64,000 nucleotides of DNA from Spirochaetota bacterium (GTDB lineage Bacteria > Spirochaetota > UBA4802 > UBA5550). The stretch's first letter is position 1. The number at the start of each line of letters is the position of its first letter. The position numbers and the translations under genes were made by a program. Positions 62,531 through 64,000 of the stretch are shown here, piece after piece. The notes beneath the pieces were generated by a model. It did no database searches and had not been told where the DNA came from. It saw only the letters and a program-made list of their open reading frames with translations. The stretch spans positions 155,078-219,077 of the forward strand of contig JAFGBT010000006.1 of assembly GCA_016933025.1 (NCBI GenBank), written 5' to 3'.

Positions 62531-63343
62531 TTATGCATCTTTCTTCAAGGCGAAATTGGATATGGCGTCAACAATCACTCTCGGCGTAATGCGGTTCAGC
62601 ACCAGGTGGACGAACTTGTTCACCAGCCCGGGCACGTATACCGGCCTGCCTTTCACCAGGGCCCGCACGCCCTTGCGCGCGATGACCGCCGGGTCGGCGA
62701 GACCGCTGATCCTGATCCACCTGACCTTTTCGGGGAAGCCCCCTTTTTTCAACAGAGGCGTGTCCGTGTATGAAGGACAGAGCGCCGTAATCCGCACCCC
62801 CGTGCCCCGGAGCTCCTGGTTCACCGCTTCGGAAAGGCTCTGGATGAAGGCCTTGGTGGCGCCGTAGACCGCGTGGTGCGGCGTCGGCTGGAACGCCGAC
62901 ACCGAGCTGACGTTCAGGACCCTCCCCCCGCCGCGCTTTATCATCCCGGGGGTGGAGAGCCGCATGAGGTCCATGTAGGCGATGGCGTTCACCCGCACCA
63001 GGTTTTCCTGGGGGCCAAGGCGCGCCCGGTGGAAAGGGCCATAGACCACCATGCCCGCGTTGTTCACCAGGACATCAAGCCGCGGCACGTTCCTCGACAC
63101 CTTTCGGTACAACTTTTCCGGTCCTCCCCTGTCCAGAAAGTCCTCGAACAGGCACCAGACCTTCACGGCATGCTTTTCTCTCAGCTCCCGTCCCAGAGCG
63201 GCAAGCGTCTTGCGCTGCCCCGGCAGGGCATGGAGAACACAGTTCGCCCCTGCCGCCGCGAAGCAGCGCGACAGCTCCTTTCCGATGCCGGTAGCCGCGC
63301 CGGTGATGAGAACGTATTTGCCTTTCAGATCGTATTTTGACAT
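62531..63343 (-). CDS. SDR family oxidoreductase
   Basis: TGAATGIGK, NNAG, Y-x3-K (YGATK). Confidence 0.85.
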   Translation of the reverse strand: MSKYDLKGKYVLITGAATGIGKELSRCFAAAGANCVLHALPGQRKTLAALGRELREKHAVKVWCLFEDFLDRGGPEKLYRKVSRNVPRLDVLVNNAGMVVYGPFHRARLGPQENLVRVNAIAYMDLMRLSTPGMIKRGGGRVLNVSSVSAFQPTPHHAVYGATKAFIQSLSEAVNQELRGTGVRITALCPSYTDTPLLKKGGFPEKVRWIRISGLADPAVIARKGVRALVKGRPVYVPGLVNKFVHLVLNRITPRVIVDAISNFALKKDA

Positions 63344-63346
63344 ATG

Positions 63347-64000
63347 TCACACCTTCCGGAGAATATGGATGCACATCGCCGCCTCTTCCACGCGGATGTT
63401 GCCGCCGCCGTTCTCCGCGAGGCCGATACGCGCCTTTTCTACCTGTCGCCTGCCCGCCTCTCCCCTGAGCTGCAGCACCAGCTCGTGGATCTGGGCCAGG
63501 CCCGAGGCGCCGATGGGATGCCCCCTGCACTCGAGACCGCCGCTAGTGTTGACAGGCCGCTTGCCGCCGAGTCGCGTCGCGCCGGACTCGGCGTACGGCC
63601 CGCCCTCTCCCATCGGGCAGAAGCCCATCGCCTCGGTCTGATGCAGCTCGCCCCAGGAGGTCGCGTCGTGCAGCTCGGCGAGGCTGATGTCCTCCGGCCC
63701 GACCCCGGCCATCTCGTACGCCTGCTTGGCCAGCCGCTCGCCTATGTCCTCGCCGTCCATGTCGCGGTCGCTCCCCTGACCCGGGACCGACGCGATGATC
63801 TCGACCGGCCGCGCTCCGGCGAGCTTCTTCAAATATTTTTCCGAACAGACGATCGCGGCTGCCGCGCCGTCGCCCACCGGCGCGCACATCGGCCTGGTGA
63901 GGGGCCAGGCGACCAGCCGGTCCGCAAGCACCTCATCGACCGTCATGTCCTGCTGGTACTGCGCCAGCGGGTTGAGCGATCCGTGAAAGTGGTTCTTGGC
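63347..64000 (-). CDS. SCP2-type thiolase-like protein; 5' end (N-terminus) lies beyond the window end
   Basis: C-terminal thiolase domain (NTSGGLECRGHPIGASG); the frame continues upstream of the listed Met (AKNHFHGSLNPLAQYQQD), so the gene is truncated by the window edge. Confidence 0.75.
   Translation of the reverse strand, partial: AKNHFHGSLNPLAQYQQDMTVDEVLADRLVAWPLTRPMCAPVGDGAAAAIVCSEKYLKKLAGARPVEIIASVPGQGSDRDMDGEDIGERLAKQAYEMAGVGPEDISLAELHDATSWGELHQTEAMGFCPMGEGGPYAESGATRLGGKRPVNTSGGLECRGHPIGASGLAQIHELVLQLRGEAGRRQVEKARIGLAENGGGNIRVEEAAMCIHILRKV

Noticed and set aside
1-64000. tRNA/rRNA/transposase/integrase/prophage content
   Set aside because: No cloverleaf-like conserved tRNA segments, rDNA-like stretches or recombinase motifs were seen. 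The intergenic space is almost entirely repeats, palindromes or short AT-rich promoters.

Overview
This is a 64-kb window of high-GC (about 60%) bacterial chromosome with very short intergenic spacers. I found no rRNA, tRNA, CRISPR array, transposase or integrase. The part-of-window assignments are: (i) 1-5.0 kb: TetR regulator, GMC oxidoreductase, crotonase, GNAT acetyltransferase, YihA/EngB GTPase. (ii) 5.0-14.9 kb, minus strand: a class-II flagellar block, flgB-flgC-fliE / fliF-fliG-fliH-fliI-fliJ, then an SLT lytic transglycosylase, a YlxF/MotE-like protein and a GGDEF gene. This gene order is typical of Desulfobacterota, Firmicutes and Spirochaetes; the taxonomic guess is low confidence. 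(iii) 15-21 kb: envelope and housekeeping genes (beta-barrel outer-membrane proteins, PlsC, lipocalin Blc, a response-regulator-PP2C phosphatase, a TlpA-like thioredoxin, a CsgG-like lipoprotein). (iv) 21.4-42.9 kb, all on the minus strand: a dense beta-oxidation-like catabolic cluster. It holds three acyl-CoA dehydrogenases, a split MaoC hydratase, five SCP2-type thiolase-like genes and five DUF35 (Zn-ribbon/OB-fold) domains, two of them in unusual fusions (DUF35-BKACE and SCP2-SCP2-DUF35). It also holds GctAB-like CoA-transferase, an acyl-CoA ligase and a crotonase. I propose this cluster as the candidate undescribed system: a DUF35-scaffolded pathway for a hindered or branched acyl substrate, possibly a steroid or isoprenoid side chain. 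(v) 43-64 kb: two more GMC oxidoreductases (one with a small subunit, one followed by a 69-aa 5xCxxC protein), SDRs, membrane sensors with PP2C or RsbW-like output, a membrane-bound AraC regulator, a CPBP protease, CoaE, MobB, and a second acyl-CoA ligase/SDR/thiolase cluster that runs off the window end. Two repeat families punctuate the intergenic regions: a G/C-tract modular hairpin element (at least 9 copies) and long perfect palindromes, three of which share a GAGGTCACRTGACCTC core.
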